Part shown: in pieces, positions 47,822 to 56,460 of the stretch
How the letters are laid out: each line of letters begins with the position of its first letter
Position numbering within the stretch: position 1 is the stretch's first letter
Source: Candidatus Nanohalarchaeota archaeon
GTDB lineage: Archaea; Nanohalarchaeota; Nanosalinia; Nanosalinales; JAFCCC01
Assembly: GCA_017610385.1 (NCBI GenBank)
Contig: JAFCCC010000001.1
Location: forward strand, 94,960 to 158,959
Direction of reading: 5' to 3'
DNA: 64,000 nt
Made by a program: the position numbers and the translations under genes
The notes under the pieces: model-generated
Databases searched by the model: none
Told to the model about the DNA's origin: nothing
Seen by the model: the letters and a program-made list of their open reading frames with translations, nothing else

Positions 47822-49039
47822 ATGGCAAACCCAACAAGTTTTATTTCAGTTATGAAAACAATTATTTCAATAATTTTCTTATTTGTTTTAGGATTGGCTC
47901 TAATTTTTGGAATCATGCATATCACAGGCTTAAACGTGAAAGAAAAGATTTTACTTCCTGCAGACAAAAAGCTCGCAACCAGGTTTTGTACAAATAAACC
48001 AGCAGTTCGCTCTTGGACCACATGTGACGATTTTTCCCAAACCAGAATTAATTATTATTGCAATTTCAGTTCCAAATACAACTGGCAATCGTTTAATGAA
48101 ATTCAAAAATGCATTCCCGAGAATAAAAAAGAAGAGTATCTTTTAATTAAATATAATTGGACATTCCAACGGAAAAAATATAAATGGGAATATATTTTCC
48201 CAAAATCTCTTTATGATTATTATAAAAATAAAGAACGGATTTTTTCCAATGATTATACCATTTATGCAACAGATAAAAAAGATGATAGATTAATTTCTGA
48301 TTTAGTCAATCATTTTGATGACTACGCAGATGATCAAGGATTTGACAAATATGAAAAAGTGAATTTTATAATTTCGTTTGTTCAAGGATTGCCTTACACG
48401 TCTGATAATATAACAACAGGTCACGATGAATATCCCAGATACCCTGTTGAAACTTTGGTAGACAATGGAGGAGATTGTGAAGACACTTCTATTTTAACTG
48501 CAGTTTTGTTAAATGAGATGGGCTACAATGCTGTTCTTTTAGAATTCAAAAATCACATGAGTGTAGGCGTTTCCTGTGAGCCAGACATTGGAACACATTA
48601 TATTGACAGTTATAGTAACACTTTCTGTTACTTGGAAACTTCTGGAGAAAACTGGGAAATAGGAATGGTTCCAGAGGAGTACAAAGATAAAATCCCAGAA
48701 ATTAGATACATTGTTTCAAAACCAAGTTTAAAATTAGAATGGACGTCCACTGGAAAAGCGACTTTGTTTTCTTCAACATATGTTATTAGAATCACTTTGA
48801 AAAACGAAGGTTCAGACACTGCCAAAAATGTAAAAATTTGGGCAGGATTTGATACAACAGAAAAAGGAAAAGTTTATGCACAAACACAAGCAGGCCCCTT
48901 TGAAATCGAACCAAATAAGGAATTATACAAAGAATTAACATTGTCTTTAAAACGTGGGAAATACACACAGCTTCACATAATTGTAAACGGCCTAAACTTT
49001 GAAACACAAGAATCCGTATCAGAATGGTTAACAACATAA
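47822..49039 (+). CDS. Membrane-anchored transglutaminase-like protease with C-terminal CARDB-like domain
   Basis: FVQGLPY.SD...EYPRYPVETLVDNGGDCEDTSIL, NHMSVGV, YLETS; ITLKNEGSDTAKNV. Confidence 0.82.
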   Translation: MANPTSFISVMKTIISIIFLFVLGLALIFGIMHITGLNVKEKILLPADKKLATRFCTNKPAVRSWTTCDDFSQTRINYYCNFSSKYNWQSFNEIQKCIPENKKEEYLLIKYNWTFQRKKYKWEYIFPKSLYDYYKNKERIFSNDYTIYATDKKDDRLISDLVNHFDDYADDQGFDKYEKVNFIISFVQGLPYTSDNITTGHDEYPRYPVETLVDNGGDCEDTSILTAVLLNEMGYNAVLLEFKNHMSVGVSCEPDIGTHYIDSYSNTFCYLETSGENWEIGMVPEEYKDKIPEIRYIVSKPSLKLEWTSTGKATLFSSTYVIRITLKNEGSDTAKNVKIWAGFDTTEKGKVYAQTQAGPFEIEPNKELYKELTLSLKRGKYTQLHIIVNGLNFETQESVSEWLTT

Positions 49040-49336
49040 TAATAAAATCATAATAATTATAATTTCTGACACAAAACCAGATCATCTAAAACAAATTAAA
49101 AAATATTCAAATTCTCTACATTTATTTTACAAGTAATTCTTTACGAAGGAAATAAATCCCCAAATTCAAACAATGTTTGCTGAAGAACAAAAATGAGTTT
49201 GTAAGTGTCTTTAATTAAATTGAACACGTTTCTAAACAAATTAGTTGGCTTCTGGCGACAAAAATTAGTTAAAAGATTTAACCAAACATAAAATGAAGTA
49301 ATTATACTCTCCCCCCACCCTCGTTTACATTCGATC

Positions 49337-50545
49337 CTAAAAGATCAAAGATACTATTCCAGAAAATCCAAAATAATATAGAATTGTTGGAACCAACAAA
49401 ACCCCCATACACCAGTTTCTATTAACCCCAATCTGCGCAGTTAAAAATCCCAAAGCCGTTGAAGTAATTAAAACAATCAAACCAAACCACGACGTTAATA
49501 TTATAGTTCCAAATATAATCAAAAATAAAACAGAATAAAGTAAGATTTTATAGTTTATTTTATTAACAACACTGCAACTGATTTTTCCTATTTTTAAACC
49601 AAGAGGAACAACCAATCCTAAACAAATCATACTCAATGAAATTATGATGAAAACCATTGGAAGGGTTAATCTAGTAGAGATATTTTGAATAATAATTGCT
49701 GCGCCACTTCTGGCCTTGTTTATTAAATAAAGCGATAAAATGGAAAAGAAAATCCCTGTTGTGTTTATTCCTCCCAAAGCAACCATAAATCTCTTTATTT
49801 TCATATTTGAAAACCTCTGCACAATTAAAGCACTTTGAGAACTACCAATTCCAGGAATAAAGCCAGTTAAAATGCCCGCTAAAAAACCAAAAAAACCACC
49901 CAAAATAACATCTTTTGAATTAATTTTTTCGTTTTTATTTTGTTTTGGGATTTTTCCTCCATGAATTAGTGAAAAAATAATCATTGGAATCCCAAACAAA
50001 CCAGAGAACGCCGGAAAAAGAATATACATATTTCCTAAGTTTGAATTTAAGGTAATTAGCCCCAATAAACCAGATAAAAATAAAATCATCAAAGACAAAA
50101 TCTTTCTTTTTCTCCTAAACAACATAGTTGCAATTAAAAGCAACAAGACATATTGCATATAACTTGCCAAGAACGGATAAACAAACGGAATTAAAACAAA
50201 AAGCAACGGGAGCAATACCAAAGCAAAAACAGTAGAACTCAAAGCCCCTAAAATTGTTAATGCAATTGCTTCATATCCCCTACCATCTAAAACGAATTTA
50301 TGGCCTGGTAAAACACTTAAAACTGTATCTTCTTGTGGAACGCCCAAAAGAACAGATGGAATATAATTTAAAACAGTATTGGTAACTGAAATGCCAACAA
50401 CAAATCCAATAAAATCCAAAAAATCTAATTTAAACCGAAAATAAAGTGGCAGAAGCAAGAACAAAACAGAATTCGGATGTAATCCAGGAATTAATCCCGT
50501 AACAATCCCAATAATTATTCCAACTAAAAAATACAATAAGAGCAT
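49337..50545 (-). CDS. TctA-like (DUF112) tripartite tricarboxylate transporter permease family protein
   Basis: GIVTGLIPGLHPN, IPSVLLGVP, SVLPGH, GRGYEA, FIPGIGSSQ. Confidence 0.85.
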   Translation of the reverse strand: MLLLYFLVGIIIGIVTGLIPGLHPNSVLFLLLPLYFRFKLDFLDFIGFVVGISVTNTVLNYIPSVLLGVPQEDTVLSVLPGHKFVLDGRGYEAIALTILGALSSTVFALVLLPLLFVLIPFVYPFLASYMQYVLLLLIATMLFRRKRKILSLMILFLSGLLGLITLNSNLGNMYILFPAFSGLFGIPMIIFSLIHGGKIPKQNKNEKINSKDVILGGFFGFLAGILTGFIPGIGSSQSALIVQRFSNMKIKRFMVALGGINTTGIFFSILSLYLINKARSGAAIIIQNISTRLTLPMVFIIISLSMICLGLVVPLGLKIGKISCSVVNKINYKILLYSVLFLIIFGTIILTSWFGLIVLITSTALGFLTAQIGVNRNWCMGVLLVPTILYYFGFSGIVSLIF

Positions 50546-50578
50546 AATTATAATTCATTTATTGCCCAAATAAAATCT

Positions 50579-51109
50579 ATGAAAAAAGTTATTGTAGCAT
50601 CTAAAAATCCCGTAAAAATTGAAGCAACAAGATTAGCTTTTGAGAAAATGTTTCCTAAAAAGAATTTCTTATTTGAAGGAATTTCAGTTTCTTCAGGAGT
50701 TTCAGAACAGCCTCAAACTCAACGCGAAACTTTACAAGGCGCACAGAATAGAGTAAACAATGCTCAGAAAATGATACCAAATGCGGCATATTATGTAGGA
50801 ATTGAATCTGGATTAGAATCTTTAGAAAAAAATATTGGCATTGCAAATTGGATCGTTATAAAATCTGAAGAACAACTAGGTTATGCAAAAACAGGATTAT
50901 TTGTTTTACCTCCTGGACTTTCTAATAAAATCAAACAAGGGAAAGAATTAGGTCCGGCTTCTGACGAGTTTTTTAAAAAAAATAATATCAAACATCAAGA
51001 AGGCACAATTGGAGTCCTAACTAACAACACCATTACTAGAACTACATATTACACTCCTGCAATAATGATGGCACTTATTCCGTTTAAGAATAAGCAACTG
51101 TATATTTAA
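50579..51109 (+). CDS. yjjX: Inosine/xanthosine triphosphatase
   Basis: VASKNPVKI, SGVSEQP, GAQNR, VGIESG, GKELG, GTIGVLT, ALIPF. Confidence 0.92.
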   Translation: MKKVIVASKNPVKIEATRLAFEKMFPKKNFLFEGISVSSGVSEQPQTQRETLQGAQNRVNNAQKMIPNAAYYVGIESGLESLEKNIGIANWIVIKSEEQLGYAKTGLFVLPPGLSNKIKQGKELGPASDEFFKKNNIKHQEGTIGVLTNNTITRTTYYTPAIMMALIPFKNKQLYI

Positions 51110-51309
51110 TCAACCCATTCTACATTTTTAAATTCGTGTTTTGTAGCAATTAATATCCAATCTATGAGCCACCAAATGCCAAAGCCTCCAAAGGTGATTA
51201 GTTTAAGAATACCCAAACCAATATGACCCATTATAAATCGATCTACACCCAATTGGCCAAAGACAATAGACATTACAAGCGCCAAAACCCAATTAACTTT
51301 TTTCGCCAT
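51106..51309 (-). CDS. TM2-domain membrane protein
   Basis: FGQLGVDRFIMGHIGLGILKLITFGGFGIWWLID. Confidence 0.9.
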   Translation of the reverse strand: MAKKVNWVLALVMSIVFGQLGVDRFIMGHIGLGILKLITFGGFGIWWLIDWILIATKHEFKNVEWVD

Positions 51310-51344
51310 ACAATCTATTCTATAAAAACTTGTTTAAATACCAG

Positions 51345-51810
51345 GTAAGTCCGAGCGCTCGGACTTACATATCCTTTAGGTGACTACACAAAAAGAATAT
51401 TCACTCAAGACGAACAGTCTATCCTAATTCAAATTTTTGAATAATTCCGATTATTCGAAGTTCTCATAGAAAGAGTACATCAATAATAATTGCGTGTAGC
51501 CTAACGTACTGTATAAATTGGCAGCGAACTTCTAAAAGTTCGATCATCGCGTAAAACTCTTACGAGTTTTCCTAACTTGTGAACAAAATTCACAAGCACC
51601 CCCAGTTATAAACAACCGACTTTCAGTATCTTTTTGTGAAGGTGAATTCTGAAGGAACGTCGCCTAACAGCTGAAATGCCCGCTGGCACCAACAGCGAGT
51701 TATGCGTATAACTCACTTCACTTTTTGCATAATTAAAGAAAGGTTGCCTCACGAATTGAGTGCGGCCTAAAGTGCTGCCTGATTTTGCAGGCATCCAAGC
51801 GCTCGGACAT
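51345..51810. repeat. Dispersed modular hairpin-rich element, copy 2
   Basis: 24-bp palindrome GTAAGTCCGAGCGCTCGGACTTAC (51345-51368), internal hairpins, ~51667-51810 is an inverted copy of the 31.4-31.7 kb element, ending in TCCAAGCGCTCGGA (51794-51807). Confidence 0.9.
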
Positions 51811-51852
51811 GTGATATATATTCTACATTGAAGAACAGAAAGACTTTAAAAG

Positions 51853-52425
51853 ATGGAATCACATAAAATAAATATGCTTAAGGAAGAAATTCTTATAGGA
51901 AATATCTTTAACCCGAACGTAGAGGTAATAGAATCCAGTAAAACAGTATTAGATGCTGCTAAATTAATGAAGGAGAAAAAAACACGAGAATTAATTGTTG
52001 TTTCTAAAAAAGAAGTCACCGGCATTCTAGTTGATCGAGATTTAACTAGGCGAGTGATTGCATTGAATAAAGACCCAGCAAAATTGAAAGTTAGGCAGAT
52101 AGTAAGTAAAAGATTAATTACGGCAACGGAATCAGATCGCGTTGAGACTGTTGTGCGTACAATGATTAAAAATGATATTTCCAGAATTCCCGTCGTTCGA
52201 GGAGAGCGTCTTTTGGGAATAATAACTTACAGAGAAATCTTAAAAACCTGGCCAGCATATGTGTCTCTCTTAGAAGAAGAAGCAGGAATTAAAACTAGCG
52301 AAGAAAATGCTCAAGAGGATTTAGAGCCAGTATTAGAAGGATATTGTAGTTCTTGTGGTAATTTTTCAGAAGAGTTAATACAAGTAAACGGCGCATTCCT
52401 TTGTCGTGACTGCAGAGAAAAATAA
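51853..52425 (+). CDS. CBS-pair protein with C-terminal zinc ribbon
   Basis: TVLDAAKLM, GILVDRDL, ISRIPVV..ERLLGIIT; GYCSSCG...LCRDC. Confidence 0.88.
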   Translation: MESHKINMLKEEILIGNIFNPNVEVIESSKTVLDAAKLMKEKKTRELIVVSKKEVTGILVDRDLTRRVIALNKDPAKLKVRQIVSKRLITATESDRVETVVRTMIKNDISRIPVVRGERLLGIITYREILKTWPAYVSLLEEEAGIKTSEENAQEDLEPVLEGYCSSCGNFSEELIQVNGAFLCRDCREK

Positions 52426-52464
52426 GACAAAAGAATATTAATTATAGATTATATAGATTTTAAT

Positions 52465-52923
52465 ATGGATGTAATTGAAGAAGTAGTTAGAAAGAAAACA
52501 CAAGTAAGAACCAAAAACTGGAGAAAGGCACATTCTCAAATTAAGGATCTTTTGGAAAAAAAATTCGATTTCTCAGAAGTTTATGAAGAAACTTATAAAC
52601 ACCACGAAGAACAAAATACAATGTATTCTGAAATTTACTGTATTTCTACGGTAGATAAATACTCAAAAATAAAATTAGAGATAGATATAGATGCTTTAAT
52701 AGTGGATGATACAGGAGACTTCACAATCTCGACAATTTCTACAATAATAACTACTTATCCAGAAGATACTGCGTTTAGAAAATCTTTGTTCTATTTTGCA
52801 ATGCGCGCTTTCTGGGACAAAACATATTATGGTTGGGCCCGAGCCAAGTTTAAAAAACAGGCCATTGAAATTTCAAATCAGGTAAATGAGAGACTTATTG
52901 CGTTCTTAGGTTCAGTTCGATAA
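52465..52923 (+). CDS. Hypothetical protein, paralog 1 of tandem triplet
   Basis: Shares pattern with the next two ORFs. Confidence 0.65.
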   Translation: MDVIEEVVRKKTQVRTKNWRKAHSQIKDLLEKKFDFSEVYEETYKHHEEQNTMYSEIYCISTVDKYSKIKLEIDIDALIVDDTGDFTISTISTIITTYPEDTAFRKSLFYFAMRAFWDKTYYGWARAKFKKQAIEISNQVNERLIAFLGSVR

Positions 52924-52928
52924 CTCTT

Positions 52929-53495
52929 ATGCGGGAAAGTTATAAACATATTCTTGCCAAAAATATAACTGAGGTTTATCTAATGCCAATCCAAAAATCA
53001 ACTAAAATAGGAGAACGGCAAGATTTCTTTTATTTAAAACACGAGCGAGATTATCATATTTTCTATCAGAATATTAAAAAAATATTGATCAAAGAATTTA
53101 AATTTGATACTTTAGAAGAAAAGGGGCCAGTAAAATACGAGCCAATTAACTCTAAATTCAGTGTCAAGATTATTGCAAGAAAAGACAAAGATCCAAGAAC
53201 CGCTTTATTAATTACAATTAAATTTAGTTATAAACGACCAAATGTAAAAGATAGAGTGTCTAAAGAAACATTCCTGGTTAATTTAAGCTATAAAGGAGAA
53301 GTTGTTACAACTTATAAAACAGATACTGAGAAACAAAGATGGATTTTTCAAGAAAAATTAAGAAACTTTTTAGAAAAAAACTTTTACAAAAAAGAAAGAG
53401 GAAAATATAAAGGAGAATGTAAGAAACTAATTGAATCCATTAGAGTAAAAATAAGAGAACTTTACGAAGAACCTCCATCCATCGCCAAAAAATAA
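52929..53495 (+). CDS. Hypothetical protein, paralog 2 of tandem triplet
   Basis: Shares pattern with flanking ORFs. Confidence 0.65.
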   Translation: MRESYKHILAKNITEVYLMPIQKSTKIGERQDFFYLKHERDYHIFYQNIKKILIKEFKFDTLEEKGPVKYEPINSKFSVKIIARKDKDPRTALLITIKFSYKRPNVKDRVSKETFLVNLSYKGEVVTTYKTDTEKQRWIFQEKLRNFLEKNFYKKERGKYKGECKKLIESIRVKIRELYEEPPSIAKK

Positions 53496-53519
53496 TAGCA
53501 CAGGCATGATTAATAATTT

Positions 53520-54044
53520 ATGGTGAAAATGAAAAAGAAAATAACAATTGCAAAAGCAGAAGATTGGTTAACCGTAGATCGCGTGAACGAAGTTTATGAA
53601 AAACAAATGAATATTTTTTCAGAAGAGTTAGGTATTAAAGATGTTAATGAATACTATTTTGAGCAAAATTTAGATACCAAAGGATTTAAGGCAAAATTAA
53701 CTGCGAAAGAGAAATTAGATACTAGAACCACTTTACTTTTTGACATTAAAATGTTCTCAGATGGTCCAATTAAAGAAGTTGATGGAAATCTCAGAGGTAA
53801 AGTGCGAGTTAGTGTGAATGCTGTTTTACAAATAAACGGACCCGCAGAAGGCAATTTACCAAAATCTCTTAAAACCTTATTTACTTTTATGTGGTGGTAT
53901 TTTTCATACAACAGACAATTTGCTCATTGGCAAGAATATGGTATTAGTCGTTTAAACCAATATATTTCAGCAGTTAGAGAATTTCTAGGTTTAGAACCAT
54001 CTATTGGAAAAATAAAAAGAATGTCATATAAGCCAATTTTGTAA
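53520..54044 (+). CDS. Hypothetical protein, paralog 3 of tandem triplet
   Basis: Shares pattern with the preceding ORFs. Confidence 0.65.
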   Translation: MVKMKKKITIAKAEDWLTVDRVNEVYEKQMNIFSEELGIKDVNEYYFEQNLDTKGFKAKLTAKEKLDTRTTLLFDIKMFSDGPIKEVDGNLRGKVRVSVNAVLQINGPAEGNLPKSLKTLFTFMWWYFSYNRQFAHWQEYGISRLNQYISAVREFLGLEPSIGKIKRMSYKPIL

Positions 54045-54139
54045 ATCACACACCACTCCCATACATTTAAAACATTTCTTATTAAATACCCTATTGCACT
54101 TATAGTCTTACCTATGATTCATGATTAGGTACCAGTCAA

Positions 54140-54487
54140 GTGCATATACTTATAAGCCCACCTCGGTCAGCAATTAAACCTTCGGGAATGAATAATTGTG
54201 TTACAGGTGGGCGAAATTTCATCATGATCAAAGTTAAATTAAAAGTAATTCCAAATAGTTCACGATTTAAATTAGACATAACTAGAGCATATTTCAAAGT
54301 ATATTTACAAAATCCACCTGAAAAAGGGAAAGCAAATTCCGAGTTAATAAAACAATTAACTAAGATATTCAAAATCAAAATTATAATCCTCCAAGGGTAT
54401 AATTCAAAAAATAAATTAGTTGGATTTGAGTTAACTCAAAAAGAATTTGATCGCAAAATTAATGAGATAGGTTCTAGTGAAATATAG
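54140..54487 (+). CDS. DUF167/YggU family protein (probable start near 54223)
   Basis: KLKVIPNS, VYLQNPPEKGKANSELIK, ILQG..SKNK. Confidence 0.85.
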   Translation: MHILISPPRSAIKPSGMNNCVTGGRNFIMIKVKLKVIPNSSRFKLDITRAYFKVYLQNPPEKGKANSELIKQLTKIFKIKIIILQGYNSKNKLVGFELTQKEFDRKINEIGSSEI

Positions 54488-54495
54488 GCGATCAA

Positions 54496-55641
54496 ATGAG
54501 TAAATTAGCTCAAACATCTTCAAAATATATAGTTAAAGCTTCAATGAGTGCTAGCGGAATTGTCGAAAAACCAGATATTATCGGCGCAATTTTTGGACAA
54601 ACAGAAGGATTATTAGGATCCGAATTAGATTTAAGAGAATTACAAAAAACCGGTAGAATTGGAAGAATTGAAGTTAATGTTACTTCTGAAAAGGGTATAT
54701 CAAATGCAGAAATTATAATTCCAAGTTCTTTGGATGCGACTGAAACCGCATTAATTGCAGCCGCTCTAGAAACAATTGATCGCGTTGGTCCATGTACTTC
54801 TGAAATTAAAATAGTTGGATTAGAAGATTCTAGATTATTAAAAAGAGATTATATTGTAGATCGCGCAAAAGAATTGCTTCAAAAAATGCAAAATAATGGT
54901 GTTCATCAAAAAGAAATCACAGAAGAAATCAGGCAAGAAGTAAGAGTTTCTGAAATAACAGAATATTTCAAGATGCCTGCAGGACCAGAAGCTGAATCTA
55001 GCACATCTGTTATTTTGGTAGAAGGTCGAGCAGACGTTATAAATTTATTGAAGAACGGAATAAAGAATGCTGTCGCAATTGGTGGTACATCAATCAAAGA
55101 AACCGTTCCCGAATTATCTAAGCAAAAGATAATAACTGTTTTTTTAGATGGAGATCGTGGTGGAGATTTAATTTTAAAAGAACTCATACAGGTAGCAGAT
55201 CTTGATTATGTTGCAAGAGCCCCTGATGGTAAAGAAGTAGAAGATTTAACTCAAAAGGAGATTTTCAAAGCACTCAGGGAGAAATTAGAATCATCTAAGG
55301 TCACAGAAAATTCTAAGAAAAAATCAACACACAAAAGTTCTATTAACTTATCAGAAGTCGAAAAAAATCTTTTCACTGAAATAACAAATGATCTAATTGG
55401 AACAAGAGCAATAAGCATAATAGACAAGGATTTAAAAGTCTTGGGAAGACTTCCGCTTAACGCAGATTTTTCAATGCTTCCTGAAGTCAGTAACGTTTAT
55501 GCGATTCTTTTTGACGGAGAAATTGATAACAAATTCGTTGATTTTGCAGTCGATCTGGGTGCAAAATACTTAATTGGTATGTCTAAAGAAGATTCCTTAA
55601 AATCTAGTGATGTTATAACTCTCATCCGAACAGATTTCTGA
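54496..55641 (+). CDS. dnaG: Archaeal DnaG (exosome-associated primase-like protein)
   Basis: GIVEKPDIIGAIFGQTEGLLG, GRIGRI, ETIDRVGPC, TOPRIM VEGRADV and FLDGDRGG. Confidence 0.96.
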   Translation: MSKLAQTSSKYIVKASMSASGIVEKPDIIGAIFGQTEGLLGSELDLRELQKTGRIGRIEVNVTSEKGISNAEIIIPSSLDATETALIAAALETIDRVGPCTSEIKIVGLEDSRLLKRDYIVDRAKELLQKMQNNGVHQKEITEEIRQEVRVSEITEYFKMPAGPEAESSTSVILVEGRADVINLLKNGIKNAVAIGGTSIKETVPELSKQKIITVFLDGDRGGDLILKELIQVADLDYVARAPDGKEVEDLTQKEIFKALREKLESSKVTENSKKKSTHKSSINLSEVEKNLFTEITNDLIGTRAISIIDKDLKVLGRLPLNADFSMLPEVSNVYAILFDGEIDNKFVDFAVDLGAKYLIGMSKEDSLKSSDVITLIRTDF

Positions 55642-55686
55642 ATAAGAGATAAGTATTAAATATTCATTTTATATGTATGATTTATT

Positions 55687-56406
55687 GTGATATGGAGATA
55701 TCTTCGAAAACGGTTGGGTATTGAAGCGCAAGATGAAAGAATTACTTATTCTTTGAAAGAAATTGAGACCTTGCGAACCCACATTACTCACATTCAAAAG
55801 CAAGAACCAAAAATAATTAAGCAGATTATTTATAAAACTCCCAAAAATAATCTCCTCCTAAAAGAAATTGAAGAAATCAAGAATAGAGAAGTCCAAGTAC
55901 AAAAAATTATGGGTACTTACAAAGACACTTTCTTAGAATTTGTTGATTTGGTATCTGAAAAATTAGAGGGATTTAATATTCGTTTAGACTCTTTCGAGCC
56001 AAAATTAATTATTCATAATGCTGAGTCGACCAGATTTGAACACATTGTTGGTCGGTCGACCAAACCCCTTTTAAGCACAACGACTGGTCGACCATTCTCA
56101 ACGACCAAACGCACGACTAGACCCATCTCAACGACCGACCAAATAGAACAAGGTCAAAATTTGTGGGAATGTGCTACTGATGCAGAAAGAGACATAATCA
56201 AGACATTATATGATGCCGGTTATCCTTATTCTTATCATGAGCTTTCAGAAAAATTAGAGAAGTCCATCTCCACTGTTAAAAATCATTTGAATAACCTTAA
56301 AAGCAAAGGATTTCAATTCCAAGAACGAATCGGTCTTAATAACACCAAAAAATATCTGTTAGATGCGCGGGTAAAAACCTTCTTGACTCTCCGTCTCAAC
56401 GATTAA
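55687..56406 (+). CDS. Coiled-coil protein with C-terminal winged helix
   Basis: TDAERDIIKTL...SYHELSEKLEKSISTVKNHLNNLKSKG HTH; S/T/R-rich linker. Confidence 0.7.
   Translation: MIWRYLRKRLGIEAQDERITYSLKEIETLRTHITHIQKQEPKIIKQIIYKTPKNNLLLKEIEEIKNREVQVQKIMGTYKDTFLEFVDLVSEKLEGFNIRLDSFEPKLIIHNAESTRFEHIVGRSTKPLLSTTTGRPFSTTKRTTRPISTTDQIEQGQNLWECATDAERDIIKTLYDAGYPYSYHELSEKLEKSISTVKNHLNNLKSKGFQFQERIGLNNTKKYLLDARVKTFLTLRLND
56025..56140. repeat. Array of CGAC/GTCG motifs inside the wHTH gene
   Basis: 8 CGAC on + and 4 on - within 116 bp, including TTGGTCGGTCGACCAA and CTCAACGACC twice. Confidence 0.75.
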
Positions 56407-56460
56407 ACGATAAGAGAAATTACCAGTTCAACAACGAATAGTTTATATATATTTAGGATA

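Noticed and set aside
40041-49039. Integron cassette array
   Set aside because: No repeated R''-L''-L'-R' sites seen between these genes, and the integrase remnant lacks any catalytic or IntI-specific region
51606-51794. 62-aa ORF on minus strand
   Set aside because: Lies wholly within the non-coding repeat; frame not preserved in copy 1
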